DNA of 23,248 nucleotides from a virus (Duplodnaviria; Heunggongvirae; Uroviricota; Caudoviricetes): IMG/VR virus record IMGVR_UViG_2537562015_000009; one strand, 5' to 3'. Shown piece by piece: positions 7,451 to 15,300 of this stretch (position 1 is its first letter; each line of letters starts with the position of its first letter). The notes under the pieces were generated by a model. It saw only the letters and a program-made list of their open reading frames with translations, ran no database searches and was not told where the DNA came from. The position numbers and the translations under genes were made by a program.

Positions 7451-8398
7451 ATGAGCAGCAAGCTTCATGGTCTTGTCTGGGAAGGGTGTGCCTTCACCGG
7501 CATGATCTTATCCAGGGTGGCAGTTATGGCTCGCCTTGCAGATTACAGCAATGACGAAGGTGTGTCATGGCCTGCAGTGGAGACCATTCGTCGTCAGATT
7601 GGGGCAAAGAGTGAATCAACGGTTAAAGCTGCGATAGCAGAACTGGAAAAGAACGGCTGGCTGACGAAGGAGGAACGTAAGGTCGGTGGGCGTAATGAAA
7701 GCAATATCTACCGTCTTAATGTGGAAAAACTCGAAGCAGCAGCAGCGGCGGCGCGTGAGGCATATAAACCGAAAAGAAAAATTAGCCAGGCAAAAAATGA
7801 CCCGTCAAATATTGCCCCCTCAACGGTTAACCCATCAAATTTTGATGGATCAACCGTTGATAAAAAACAGTCGGATAGGGGGGCGATGGTTGGCCCCGAT
7901 CCGTCAGTATTAAAACCTGATCCGTCAGATAAAAGATCTTTTCGTCCGGAAGCTTCGCAACCGGACATGCAGACGGCTGAACAGGATTTTTTAACCCGAC
8001 ACCCTGACGCGGTTGTGTTCAGTGCGAAAAAACGCCAGTGGGGTAGCCAGGAAGATTTAGCGTGTGCGCAGTGGATCTGGGGGCGAATCGTGAGTCTTTA
8101 CGAGCAGGCCGCCAGCGATGATGGCGAGATTTCGCGACCGAAAGAACCCAACTGGACCGCATGGGCCAACGACGTGCGCACAATGCGGATGCTGGATGGC
8201 AGAACTCACAGACAAATTTGTGAAATGTTTGGTCGGGTGCAGCGGGATCCATTTTGGGTAAAAAATATCATGAGTCCGTCAAAGCTTCGCGAAAAATGGG
8301 ATGAACTGGTTATCCGCCTGGGGCGTTCGTCTGTACAGCGTTGTGTGAATCATATTTCTGAGCCGGATACCGAAATTCCGCCGGGATTCAGGGGGTGA
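7451..8398 (+). CDS. Phage replication initiation protein (O-like, YdaU-position)
   Basis: 315 aa directly upstream of the DnaC-like gene; internal nucleotide iteron-like repeats at 7801-7934 encoding a Pro/Ser/Asp-rich linker. Confidence 0.65.
   Translation: MSSKLHGLVWEGCAFTGMILSRVAVMARLADYSNDEGVSWPAVETIRRQIGAKSESTVKAAIAELEKNGWLTKEERKVGGRNESNIYRLNVEKLEAAAAAAREAYKPKRKISQAKNDPSNIAPSTVNPSNFDGSTVDKKQSDRGAMVGPDPSVLKPDPSDKRSFRPEASQPDMQTAEQDFLTRHPDAVVFSAKKRQWGSQEDLACAQWIWGRIVSLYEQAASDDGEISRPKEPNWTAWANDVRTMRMLDGRTHRQICEMFGRVQRDPFWVKNIMSPSKLREKWDELVIRLGRSSVQRCVNHISEPDTEIPPGFRG
7801..7934. repeat. Iteron-like direct repeats (putative replication origin) inside the O-like gene
   Basis: CCCGTCAAATATTG (7801), CCCATCAAATTTTG (7831), ATCCGTCAGTATTAAAAC (7899), ATCCGTCAGATAAAAG (7919), plus palindrome ATCAACCGTTGAT (7849-7861), followed by A/T-rich stretch. 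Confidence 0.4.
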
Positions 8399-8404
8399 CG
8401 TGTC

Positions 8405-9151
8405 ATGAAAAACATTGCGGCAGGTGGTGTTCTTGAGCGTATCCGTAAGCTGGCCCCACAGCATGTAATCGCGCCGTACCGGACAGTGGACGAGTGGCGC
8501 GAGTGGCAACTAGCAGAAGGGCGAAAACGTAGCGAGGAAATCAACCGCCAGAATCGCCAGTTGCGGGTGGAAAAAATCCTGAATCGTTCGGGCATCCAGC
8601 CTCTGCACAGCAAATGCTCGTTTGCGAATTATCAGGTGCAGAATGACGGGCAAAAACACGCGCTGAGCCAGGCAAAATCCATCGCTGACGAACTGATGAC
8701 CGGGTGCACGAATTTTGTGTTCAGCGGTAAGCCGGGTACCGGAAAGAACCACCTTGCAGCCGCCATTGGTAATCATCTTCTGGCGAAAGGTCGCAGCGTG
8801 ATTGTGATAACGGTGGCTGATGTGATGCTGGCGTTACACAACAGCTACGACAACAAAAACTCAGGCGAAAAATTTTTACAGGGGTTGTGTGATGTTGACC
8901 TGCTTGTCCTGGATGAAATCGGAATGCAGCGGGATACGCGCAACGAGCAGGTCACGCTGAACCAGATAGTCGACCGCAGAACGGCTTCGATGCGCAGTGT
9001 CGGAATGCTGACAAACCTGAACCACGTAGCGATGAGTACGCTTCTTGGTGAGCGTGTAATGGACCGCATGGTCATGAACGGTGGTCGCTGGGTGAATTTT
9101 AACTGGGAGAGCTGGCGTTCGAATGTCAGGCACCTGAGGGTTGTGAAGTAA
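8405..9151 (+). CDS. DnaC-like replication helicase loader (IstB-like AAA+ ATPase)
   Basis: Walker A GKPGTGKNHLA, Walker B LLVLDEIG; 248 aa; follows the initiator gene. Confidence 0.85.
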   Translation: MKNIAAGGVLERIRKLAPQHVIAPYRTVDEWREWQLAEGRKRSEEINRQNRQLRVEKILNRSGIQPLHSKCSFANYQVQNDGQKHALSQAKSIADELMTGCTNFVFSGKPGTGKNHLAAAIGNHLLAKGRSVIVITVADVMLALHNSYDNKNSGEKFLQGLCDVDLLVLDEIGMQRDTRNEQVTLNQIVDRRTASMRSVGMLTNLNHVAMSTLLGERVMDRMVMNGGRWVNFNWESWRSNVRHLRVVK

Positions 9152-9172
9152 TTTTGTCCGGAGGAAATTTTA

Positions 9173-9934
9173 ATGGAAACCGTTTTTGACGCACTGAAAG
9201 CAATGGGAAAAGCCACATCCATAGAACTTGCTGCGCGACTTGATATCAGTCGTGAAGAAGTGCTGAACGAACTATGGGAACTGAAAAAGGCTGGTTTCGT
9301 TGATAAAAGCGCGTACACCTGGCGTGTGGCTGATAACAACGTTCAGCAGGAACAGCCAGCGCAGGCAGAACTGCCGGAAGAAACCTCCACGGCGACAGTA
9401 GCGAAAATCTCAGAGTGCGATTTAACCGCGACGATTGAACAACACGGACCACAAACGGCTGATGAGCTGGCTACATTGTTTGGTACCACATCACGCAAAG
9501 TGGCTTCAACGCTGGCAATGGCAATCAGCAAAGGACGCCTGATTCGTGCAAATCAGGACGGTAAATTTCGTTACTGCATGCCGGGCGATAATTTACCAGC
9601 AGAGCCGAAAGCAGCATCGGTAGCGGAAACTGATGGTAAAGCCTTTCCTCAGCCTGCATGTGTTGCGTTACCAGTACAGGAGGCTGCAACACAGGAAGAT
9701 ATTAAAACAGAAACTGTGGCGGACATTGTGCAGTCGCTGCCATCGTTTACTGAAACGCGAGCGGATGACCTGGTTTTACCATCGCTGCATATGGCAAACC
9801 GCGAACTGCGTCGGGCGAAAAGTCATGCCCAGAAGTGGGAACGAGTCTGCGCCGCGCTGCGGGAGCTGAACAAGCACCGGGATATTGTTCGACATATTTT
9901 CGATTCCTCCAGTCATATTGTGTCGGAAAAGTGA
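9173..9934 (+). CDS. Hypothetical phage protein with two winged-helix-like N-terminal repeats
   Basis: 253 aa, GGAGG RBS; repeated ..[30 protein letters not shown].. / ..[31 protein letters not shown].. modules. Confidence 0.6.
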   Translation: METVFDALKAMGKATSIELAARLDISREEVLNELWELKKAGFVDKSAYTWRVADNNVQQEQPAQAELPEETSTATVAKISECDLTATIEQHGPQTADELATLFGTTSRKVASTLAMAISKGRLIRANQDGKFRYCMPGDNLPAEPKAASVAETDGKAFPQPACVALPVQEAATQEDIKTETVADIVQSLPSFTETRADDLVLPSLHMANRELRRAKSHAQKWERVCAALRELNKHRDIVRHIFDSSSHIVSEK

Positions 9935-9950
9935 TTCCTGGGGAGGGCTT

Positions 9951-10373
9951 ATGGCAAAAGTTTTTACACAAGAAGAGCGAGAAAAAATTAAAGGGCAGGT
10001 TGTTGAACTCGTACGCCAGAGTGGGCGTGAGACGTTACGGCAACTGGAAGTCAAGACAGGTGCGACAAGATATCTGATGAGCGTTCTCGCAAGAGAGCTG
10101 GTTGCCAGCGGCGATGTATACAACTCTGGTTACGGGTTATTCCCGTCTGAACAGGCGCGTAAGGACTGGCAAAATGCCCGTAAAAAACTATCAAGGGCAA
10201 AGGTGAAGAAACCGGTTGTGGTTGATCCTGACCTTATCTGGTCATTACCCGACGGAGAAATACGTCGTTACGACAGGCGTCTGAACATAATCTGTCGCGA
10301 GTGCCGGAAGAGTGAGGTTATGCAGCGAGTGCTGGCGTTTTATCAGGGTAATTTTCAGGAGGTGATGGCGTGA
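9951..10373 (+). CDS. Hypothetical phage protein (140 aa)
   Basis: ATG 9951 preceded by GGGGAGGG; the track ORF start at 9885 is upstream of the RBS. Confidence 0.6.
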   Translation: MAKVFTQEEREKIKGQVVELVRQSGRETLRQLEVKTGATRYLMSVLARELVASGDVYNSGYGLFPSEQARKDWQNARKKLSRAKVKKPVVVDPDLIWSLPDGEIRRYDRRLNIICRECRKSEVMQRVLAFYQGNFQEVMA

Positions 10374-10783
10374 GGGTGAGGGTTTATATCGCTGGTCCGA
10401 TGACCGGGTATAAAAATTTCAACCGTGAGGCGTTCCACAAGGCGGAAGAGGAACTGAAACGGGAAGGGCATACAGTCTTGAACCCGGCAGTACTTCCGGA
10501 CGGGCTGACACAGCCACACTACATGGATATCTGCATGGCGATGATTCGTTGCGTGGATGCGATTTACATGCTGCAAGGCTGGCAGCGGTCAGCAGGCGCT
10601 AAAGCGGAACTGGCTCTGGCGGAGAAGCTAGGGCATGTGGTTGTTTTTCAGAGGGGGCGATATGCCGATTCTCTGGTTTCAGGAGGTGTGGGAAAAAGAA
10701 ATGTGGGAAGGTCTTGTGATTGTGGCCGAAACAGTTCTTTTATTATGGTCTGTGATTGCGTGTATTTTTATGATTTATTGTGA
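10370..10783 (+). CDS. DUF4406-like (nucleoside 2-deoxyribosyltransferase-like fold) protein, C-terminally extended
   Basis: GTG start overlapping previous stop; N-terminus RVYIAGPMTGY.. typical of this family; roughly 40 aa C-terminal extension overlaps an out-of-frame small hydrophobic ORF (10663-10788). Confidence 0.55.
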   Translation: MRVRVYIAGPMTGYKNFNREAFHKAEEELKREGHTVLNPAVLPDGLTQPHYMDICMAMIRCVDAIYMLQGWQRSAGAKAELALAEKLGHVVVFQRGRYADSLVSGGVGKRNVGRSCDCGRNSSFIMVCDCVYFYDLL

Positions 10784-10889
10784 ATGATGTGAATCTCGCG
10801 GTGGCCACTGAATTGCAACCATTACCCCCTGTGATGTAATTGTGGGGTAATGGTTGCGCAGGCATAGCGACAGGACTGGATGAGAAAAA

Positions 10890-11313
10890 TATGACGAAAT
10901 TTACCAGAGAGCAATTGATTGCTCATGCTAATGAAAGTGTGAAATCCATGAAATTTGCTGCGCGACAGACCGTGTTTAAGACTTCAAGAGTTGCCATTGA
11001 AATGGATCTTGCGCTTGCCCGTATTGCGCTTGCCTCACTTGAAGCAATGCCAGTTGCATGGTCCTGTGCTCACAATATGGTTTTGTTCAATGCTGAATCT
11101 GTTGCGGCATACGCAAAACACTCAGCCATTGCGCCAAAACCCCTGTACGCTGCGCAACCGGCATCACTTTCACATGAGGAAGAGTTGACAATGCTGGTTA
11201 AACAATTGGTAAGTCAGTTGAAAAAAGCGAAACCAGATTGCAAATTACCGGATATGGCGATGGGGTATCTGGAGCGGAATGGGCTGATAAGCGCGGAGGA
11301 TGTTTTACGATGA
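10890..11313 (+). CDS. Hypothetical phage protein (141 aa)
   Basis: First ATG with upstream purine-rich stretch; the track ORF 10840..11313 starts at an alternative codon. Confidence 0.5.
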
Positions 11314-11400
11314 CCTGGCCGGAGGCATTCACAACGACAGGAATTGCAATGGCGGCAGCACTTGTTGTGTATTCGATTTGCCGCTGGGGATAAAAACGGT

Positions 11401-11428
11401 TTGCAGTGAAAGGGGAGTTAAGTAGAAT
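11401..11428 (+). promoter_or_regulatory. hok mRNA promoter
   Basis: -35 TTGCAG (11401-11406), 16 nt spacer, -10 TAGAAT (11423-11428); predicted +1 at about 11435 yields a 5' end GGGUGCUUGAGG complementary to the 3' element CCUCAACGCACC (11810-11821). Confidence 0.45.
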
Positions 11429-11489
11429 TGCTGCGGGTGCTTGAGGCTATCTGCCTCAGGCATGAACACCAAAAGGCAGATAGAGAAAA

Positions 11490-11560
11490 GCCCCAGTTAA
11501 CATTACGCGTCCTGCAAGACGCTTAACATTAATCTGAGGCTCAATCTATGTCTCACAAAT
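11490..11560 (-). ncRNA. sok: Sok-like antisense RNA (approximate extent)
   Basis: Minus-strand promoter -35 TTGCCT (11586-11591), 17 nt spacer, -10 TAACCT (11563-11568) inside the mok start region; transcript would be complementary to the mok RBS/start; hairpin GCGTC-N6-GACGC at 11507-11522; 3' end not defined. Confidence 0.35.
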
Positions 11561-11760
11561 GTAGGTTAGCCTCTTACGTGCCGAAAGGCAAGGAGAAGCA
11601 GGCTATGAAGCAGCAAAAGGCGATGTTAATCGCCCTTATCGTCATCTGTTTAACCGTCATAGTGACGGCACTGGTAACGAGGAAAGACCTCTGCGAGGTA
11701 CGAATCCGAACCGGCCAGACGGAGGTCGCTGTCTTCACAGCTTACGAACCTGAGGAGTAA
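11548..11760 (+). CDS. mok: Mok-like reading frame (in-frame N-terminal extension of hok, as for mokC/hokC)
   Basis: ATG 11548 with GAGG 8 nt upstream; same frame and stop as hok. Confidence 0.45.
   Translation: MSHKCRLASYVPKGKEKQAMKQQKAMLIALIVICLTVIVTALVTRKDLCEVRIRTGQTEVAVFTAYEPEE
11605..11760 (+). CDS. hok: Hok/Gef-family type I toxin (51 aa membrane peptide)
   Basis: MKQQKAMLIALIVICLTVIVTALVTRKDLCEVRIRTGQTEVAVFTAYEPEE is near-identical in pattern to HokC/Gef; AAGGAG RBS 9 nt upstream. Confidence 0.85.
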   Translation: MKQQKAMLIALIVICLTVIVTALVTRKDLCEVRIRTGQTEVAVFTAYEPEE

Positions 11761-11828
11761 GAGACCAGGCGAGGGAGAAATCCCTCGCCACCTCTGATGT
11801 GTCAGGCATCCTCAACGCACCCGCACTT

Positions 11829-11849
11829 AACCCGCTTCGGCGGGTTTTT
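11829..11849 (+). terminator. Intrinsic terminator of hok mRNA
   Basis: AACCCGC-TTCG-GCGGG followed by TTTTT. Confidence 0.6.
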
Positions 11850-11975
11850 CGTCGCATAATGAGGTTGTAATTTTAGCTACCATTAGACTATCCTAAGGAT
11901 CTCAAACAGATCTATTTTGCATCAAATTTGGTGCATGGCTTTGCCAATAATCGGAAAACAAAAGGACTCATTAGT

Positions 11976-12155
11976 ATGAGCTGCCCACTCAAAAAACACA
12001 CGCGGTTGAGTATTCCGCCTCGCGATAAAAGCGTTGTGGCAGTCCCTCGCCCAGCGATTGATGAAAACTGCGCACATCGTGAACAAGTGAAAAATGCTTT
12101 TGATTTCGGTTTTTCTCGTTATGAGAAAGCCATGGAAGAACTTTCAAAAGTGTAA
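11976..12155 (+). CDS. Putative antitoxin partner of the Doc-family toxin (59 aa, not Phd-like)
   Basis: ATG 11976 with AAAGGA RBS; stop TAA 12153-12155 lies 18 nt before the Doc ATG; small protein immediately upstream of the toxin. Confidence 0.45.
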   Translation: MSCPLKKHTRLSIPPRDKSVVAVPRPAIDENCAHREQVKNAFDFGFSRYEKAMEELSKV

Positions 12156-12173
12156 TGATGGGTATTGTGCTCT

Positions 12174-12659
12174 ATGGCTGAGATTGTTGAAGGAGTGCAT
12201 TACCTTACGGTTGATGATCTTGTTGAAATCAATCGTTCCCTAATTGAATTACAGACGCCAGATGAGCCCGTTGGTGTTCTGAGTCCAGATAACTTAAGTT
12301 CTTCTCAGGCCCGTCCCAGCATGGTTCGATGGTATGAACAGACTAATGACATGTTTGTACTGGCATCGGTATTGATTGAAAGTCTGATTCAGAATCATCC
12401 GTTTGCTAATGCGAACAAACGAACAGCTATGATGGCTGGTTACGTCTTCTTGTTGTTGAATGGCTATGAGTTAACAGCACCAGGCGATGAAATCGTGGAA
12501 ATGGCAGAGGGACTGGCCTGCAAAACCTATACTCGAGAAGATCTCGAGAACTGGTTGTGTTATTGGTCTCGCGCGTATGACAGCCGGGAATTATGTAAAA
12601 CAGGCGCAACTATTGTTTTGTATGAAACTATCAAGCTTAAAATAGAACAGCAAAACTAA
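12174..12659 (+). CDS. Doc (death-on-curing) / Fic-family toxin
   Basis: Motif HPFANANKRTAMMAGYVFLLLNGYEL matches the Doc signature HxFx(D/N)(A/G)NKR (P1 Doc HIFNDANKRTAL); 161 aa from the ATG, or TTG at 12165. Confidence 0.75.
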   Translation: MAEIVEGVHYLTVDDLVEINRSLIELQTPDEPVGVLSPDNLSSSQARPSMVRWYEQTNDMFVLASVLIESLIQNHPFANANKRTAMMAGYVFLLLNGYELTAPGDEIVEMAEGLACKTYTREDLENWLCYWSRAYDSRELCKTGATIVLYETIKLKIEQQN

Positions 12660-12673
12660 AGGTGCTTCCAATG

Positions 12674-12700
12674 AAAACCCGCTTCGGCGGGTTTTGTTTT
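12674..12700 (+). terminator. Intrinsic terminator after Doc gene
   Basis: AAAACCCGC-TTCG-GCGGGTTTTGTTTTTT; hairpin core identical to the hok terminator. Confidence 0.6.
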
Positions 12701-12774
12701 TTCCTGGCATTCTGGTTTACAATTCGCACGCCAGCCTGAACAACTGGCACCTGCTGCGCCAGCAGAGACAACCG

Positions 12775-13047
12775 ATGGCGCACAAAAACAAATTTCACAA
12801 TTCTGATACCGACCTTGCCATCCGGCACGGGCGGCGTTCACACGCATTTAAAACCGACTGGTACCAACACCCACCATGTACTGAAGAACAGGCCGAATGG
12901 CTAATTCATAACTACCGCAGGCGCGGATACGAGGTTAAGAAAGCCCTCAGCCTCGATTATCGTCACTGGATAATCTATGTCAGGCTCCCTTATTCCGAAC
13001 GCCCACCGCGTCCGTCCCGCACATTCCAGCAACGCATCTGGAGGTAA
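12775..13047 (+). CDS. Hypothetical small basic protein (Rem-like position upstream of DUF968)
   Basis: First ATG of the track ORF 12694..13047 (whose TTG start lies inside the terminator); weak RBS; stop overlaps the RBS of the next gene. Confidence 0.4.
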   Translation: MAHKNKFHNSDTDLAIRHGRRSHAFKTDWYQHPPCTEEQAEWLIHNYRRRGYEVKKALSLDYRHWIIYVRLPYSERPPRPSRTFQQRIWR

Positions 13048-13048
13048 C

Positions 13049-14098
13049 GTGCGGGTATTACTTCGACCTGTTCCGGTACCGGAACTTGGGCTGGTGGTGC
13101 TAAAACCGGGCCGTGAATCCATGCAGGTATTTCATAACCCTCGAGTTCTGGTGGAGCCGGAACCGAAAAGCATGCATGGTCTGCCGTCCGGAGTCGTTCC
13201 TGCTGTTCGCCAGCCGCTGGCGGAGGATAAATCATTACTGCCATTTTTCAGCGATGAGCGGGTGATTCGTGCTGCTGGTGGTGCTGGTGCATTGTCTGAC
13301 TGGCTGTTACGCCACGTTAAATCCTGCCAGTGGCCTCATGGTGACTATCATCACAGTGAAACCGTTATTCACCGTTATGGTACTGGCGCAATGGTGTTGT
13401 GCTGGTACTGCGACAACCAGCTGCGTGACCAGACTTCTGAATCACTCGGGCAGCTTGCTCACCAAAACCTGTCAGCATGGATGATTGATGTCATCCGCCA
13501 CGCAATGAATGGCACGCAGGAGCGGGAATTATCGCTGGCTGAATTATCCTGGTGGGCGGTCTGCAATCAGGTGGCGGACGCGCTACCAGAGGCAGCATTA
13601 CGTCGTTCTCTGGGGTTACGTGCGGAAAAAATTCGCTCAGTATACCGCGAGAGCGACATCGTGCCGGGAGAGCAGACCGCCACCAGCATGCTGAAGCAGC
13701 GCACAAAAAATCTTGCGCCGCTGCCTCACGCCCACCAGCAACAGAACCCACCACAGGAAAAGACGGTGGTCAGCATTGCCGTTGATCCTGAGTCTCCGGA
13801 ATCTTTCATGAAACGACCTAAACGTCGCCGCTGGGTTAACGAGAAATACACACGCTGGGTGAAGACACAGCCGTGTGCGTGTTGTGGTAAGCCAGCCGAC
13901 GATCCCCATCACCTGATTGGTCATGGTCAGGGCGGAATGGGGACAAAATCTCACGATATTTTCACGCTACCGCTGTGTCGGGGGCATCACAACGAGCTTC
14001 ATGCGGATCCGCTGGCGTTCGAAGAAAAGCATGGTTCTCAGGTTGATTTAATTTTTCGTTTTCTTGATCACGCCTTTGCAACTGGCGTGCTTGGGTAA
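13049..14098 (+). CDS. DUF968-like protein (YdfU-like) with C-terminal Cys/His metal-binding motif
   Basis: GTG 13049 preceded by GGAGG (5 nt spacing); 349 aa; C-terminal ..CACCGKPADDPHHLIGHGQGG..CRGHHNELH; the longer track ORF start at 12977 lacks an RBS. Confidence 0.65.
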   Translation: MRVLLRPVPVPELGLVVLKPGRESMQVFHNPRVLVEPEPKSMHGLPSGVVPAVRQPLAEDKSLLPFFSDERVIRAAGGAGALSDWLLRHVKSCQWPHGDYHHSETVIHRYGTGAMVLCWYCDNQLRDQTSESLGQLAHQNLSAWMIDVIRHAMNGTQERELSLAELSWWAVCNQVADALPEAALRRSLGLRAEKIRSVYRESDIVPGEQTATSMLKQRTKNLAPLPHAHQQQNPPQEKTVVSIAVDPESPESFMKRPKRRRWVNEKYTRWVKTQPCACCGKPADDPHHLIGHGQGGMGTKSHDIFTLPLCRGHHNELHADPLAFEEKHGSQVDLIFRFLDHAFATGVLG

Positions 14099-14110
14099 AA
14101 GAGGTGACTG

Positions 14111-14470
14111 ATGCTCATAGATTTGGTTTTACCTTACCCGCCGACGGTGAACACTTACTGGCGACGCCGTGGCAGCACATATTTTATCTCGGAGGAGGGA
14201 AAGCGTTATCGCCGGGCTGTGGCGCTTATTGTTCGCCAGCAGCGGCTGAAATTAAACCTGTCCGGAAGGCTGGCGATAAAGGTGATTGCAGAGCCACCGG
14301 ATAAACGTCGTCGTGACCTGGACAATATCCTGAAAGCACCACTGGATGCACTGACACATGCGGGGTTGCTTATCGACGACGAGCAGTTTGATGAAATTAA
14401 TATTGTGCGCGGTCAGCTTGTTCCTGGTGGGCGGTTGGGGATAAAAATCACAGAACTGGAGTGCGCATGA
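14111..14470 (+). CDS. rusA: RusA Holliday junction resolvase
   Basis: 119 aa; ..LPYPPTVNTYWRRRG..DKRRRDLDNILKAPLDALTHAGLLIDDEQ.. matches the RusA family pattern; AGAGGTG RBS. Confidence 0.85.
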   Translation: MLIDLVLPYPPTVNTYWRRRGSTYFISEEGKRYRRAVALIVRQQRLKLNLSGRLAIKVIAEPPDKRRRDLDNILKAPLDALTHAGLLIDDEQFDEINIVRGQLVPGGRLGIKITELECA

Positions 14471-15156
14471 ATAACCAGTATTTACAGTTTGTTCGTGAGC
14501 AACTCATGATTGCCACCGCCGATTTGAGTGGATCAACAAAAGGGCAGCTTGAAGCCTGGCAGGAGAATGCCATGTTCGATACAGGGCGTTACAGGCGAAA
14601 AAAAATCCGGTACCGCGATGAAGTGACTGGAAAAATGATAACGCGGGATAATCCACCAATCCCGGGAAAGCAATCGCTGGCGAAAGGTTCATCAATTGCC
14701 CTGGTCAGTCCGGTTGAGTTTTCGACATCATCATGGCGACGCGCCGTTCTGTCTCTTGAAGAGCATCAGAAGGCGTGGGTGCTGTGGGTATACAGTGAAA
14801 ATCCGAGTTGGGATTATCAGGTGGTCATTGCGAAATGGGCGTGGGATAAGTTTCAGGTGCATTTTGGCACCAGAAAAATTACAGGGAAAACGCTTGAGCG
14901 TCTGAAGAAATTAATCTGGCTGGCGGCGCAGGATGTCAGGGGGAGGATTACTGGGCGTGACGTCTACCAGCGACAGGAACTTGCCAGACTGTGTGGAGTT
15001 AAGCCTGACAACTGGAGCCATAATTATGCGAACTACTGGCGTGAGATGTGCGACATTTTTAAGAAACTCGATACAGAATCCTTGATTTGCACCGTGAAAA
15101 TGAGATCGCAACAAAAAGCGACCTTTTCACGACGAGATATTGCAAAAGTCAATTAA
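14467..15156 (+). CDS. Q-like late gene antiterminator
   Basis: 229 aa; ATG overlaps rusA stop (ATGA); position after rusA and immediately before a terminator, as for lambdoid Q; family assignment by position and size. Confidence 0.6.
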   Translation: MNNQYLQFVREQLMIATADLSGSTKGQLEAWQENAMFDTGRYRRKKIRYRDEVTGKMITRDNPPIPGKQSLAKGSSIALVSPVEFSTSSWRRAVLSLEEHQKAWVLWVYSENPSWDYQVVIAKWAWDKFQVHFGTRKITGKTLERLKKLIWLAAQDVRGRITGRDVYQRQELARLCGVKPDNWSHNYANYWREMCDIFKKLDTESLICTVKMRSQQKATFSRRDIAKVN

Positions 15157-15203
15157 ATCGCATACATTTTATGTAAATGTGATATTTTGCCGTATAGTGT
15201 GTA

Positions 15204-15227
15204 AACCCGCTTAAATGCGGGTTTTTT
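15204..15227 (+). terminator. Intrinsic terminator downstream of Q (tR'-like)
   Basis: AAACCCGC-TTAAAT-GCGGG followed by TTTTTT; preceded by -10-like TATAGT (15193-15198). Confidence 0.55.
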
Positions 15228-15257
15228 GCTTAACTCTGTGGACCTTTTTATCTGTAG

Positions 15258-15282
15258 TTGTAAGATATGGATATTCTTACAA
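15258..15282. promoter_or_regulatory. Palindromic operator-like site upstream of kinase gene
   Basis: TTGTAAGATAT-GG-ATATTCTTACAA, about 25 bp near-perfect inverted repeat ending 18 nt before the kinase ATG; overlaps -10-like TACAAT (15278-15283). Confidence 0.4.
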
Positions 15283-15300
15283 TTTAGGTCGGTGAGCTTA

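Noticed and set aside
8845-9339. 164 aa minus-strand ORF overlapping the DnaC-like and downstream genes
   Set aside because: Antisense to two well-supported plus-strand genes; Ser/Arg-rich low-complexity translation; no RBS.
12977-13048. N-terminal extension of the DUF968 ORF in the track (start at 12977)
   Set aside because: GTG at 13049 has a near-ideal GGAGG RBS and gives a compact gene; the extension overlaps the preceding ORF and lacks an RBS.
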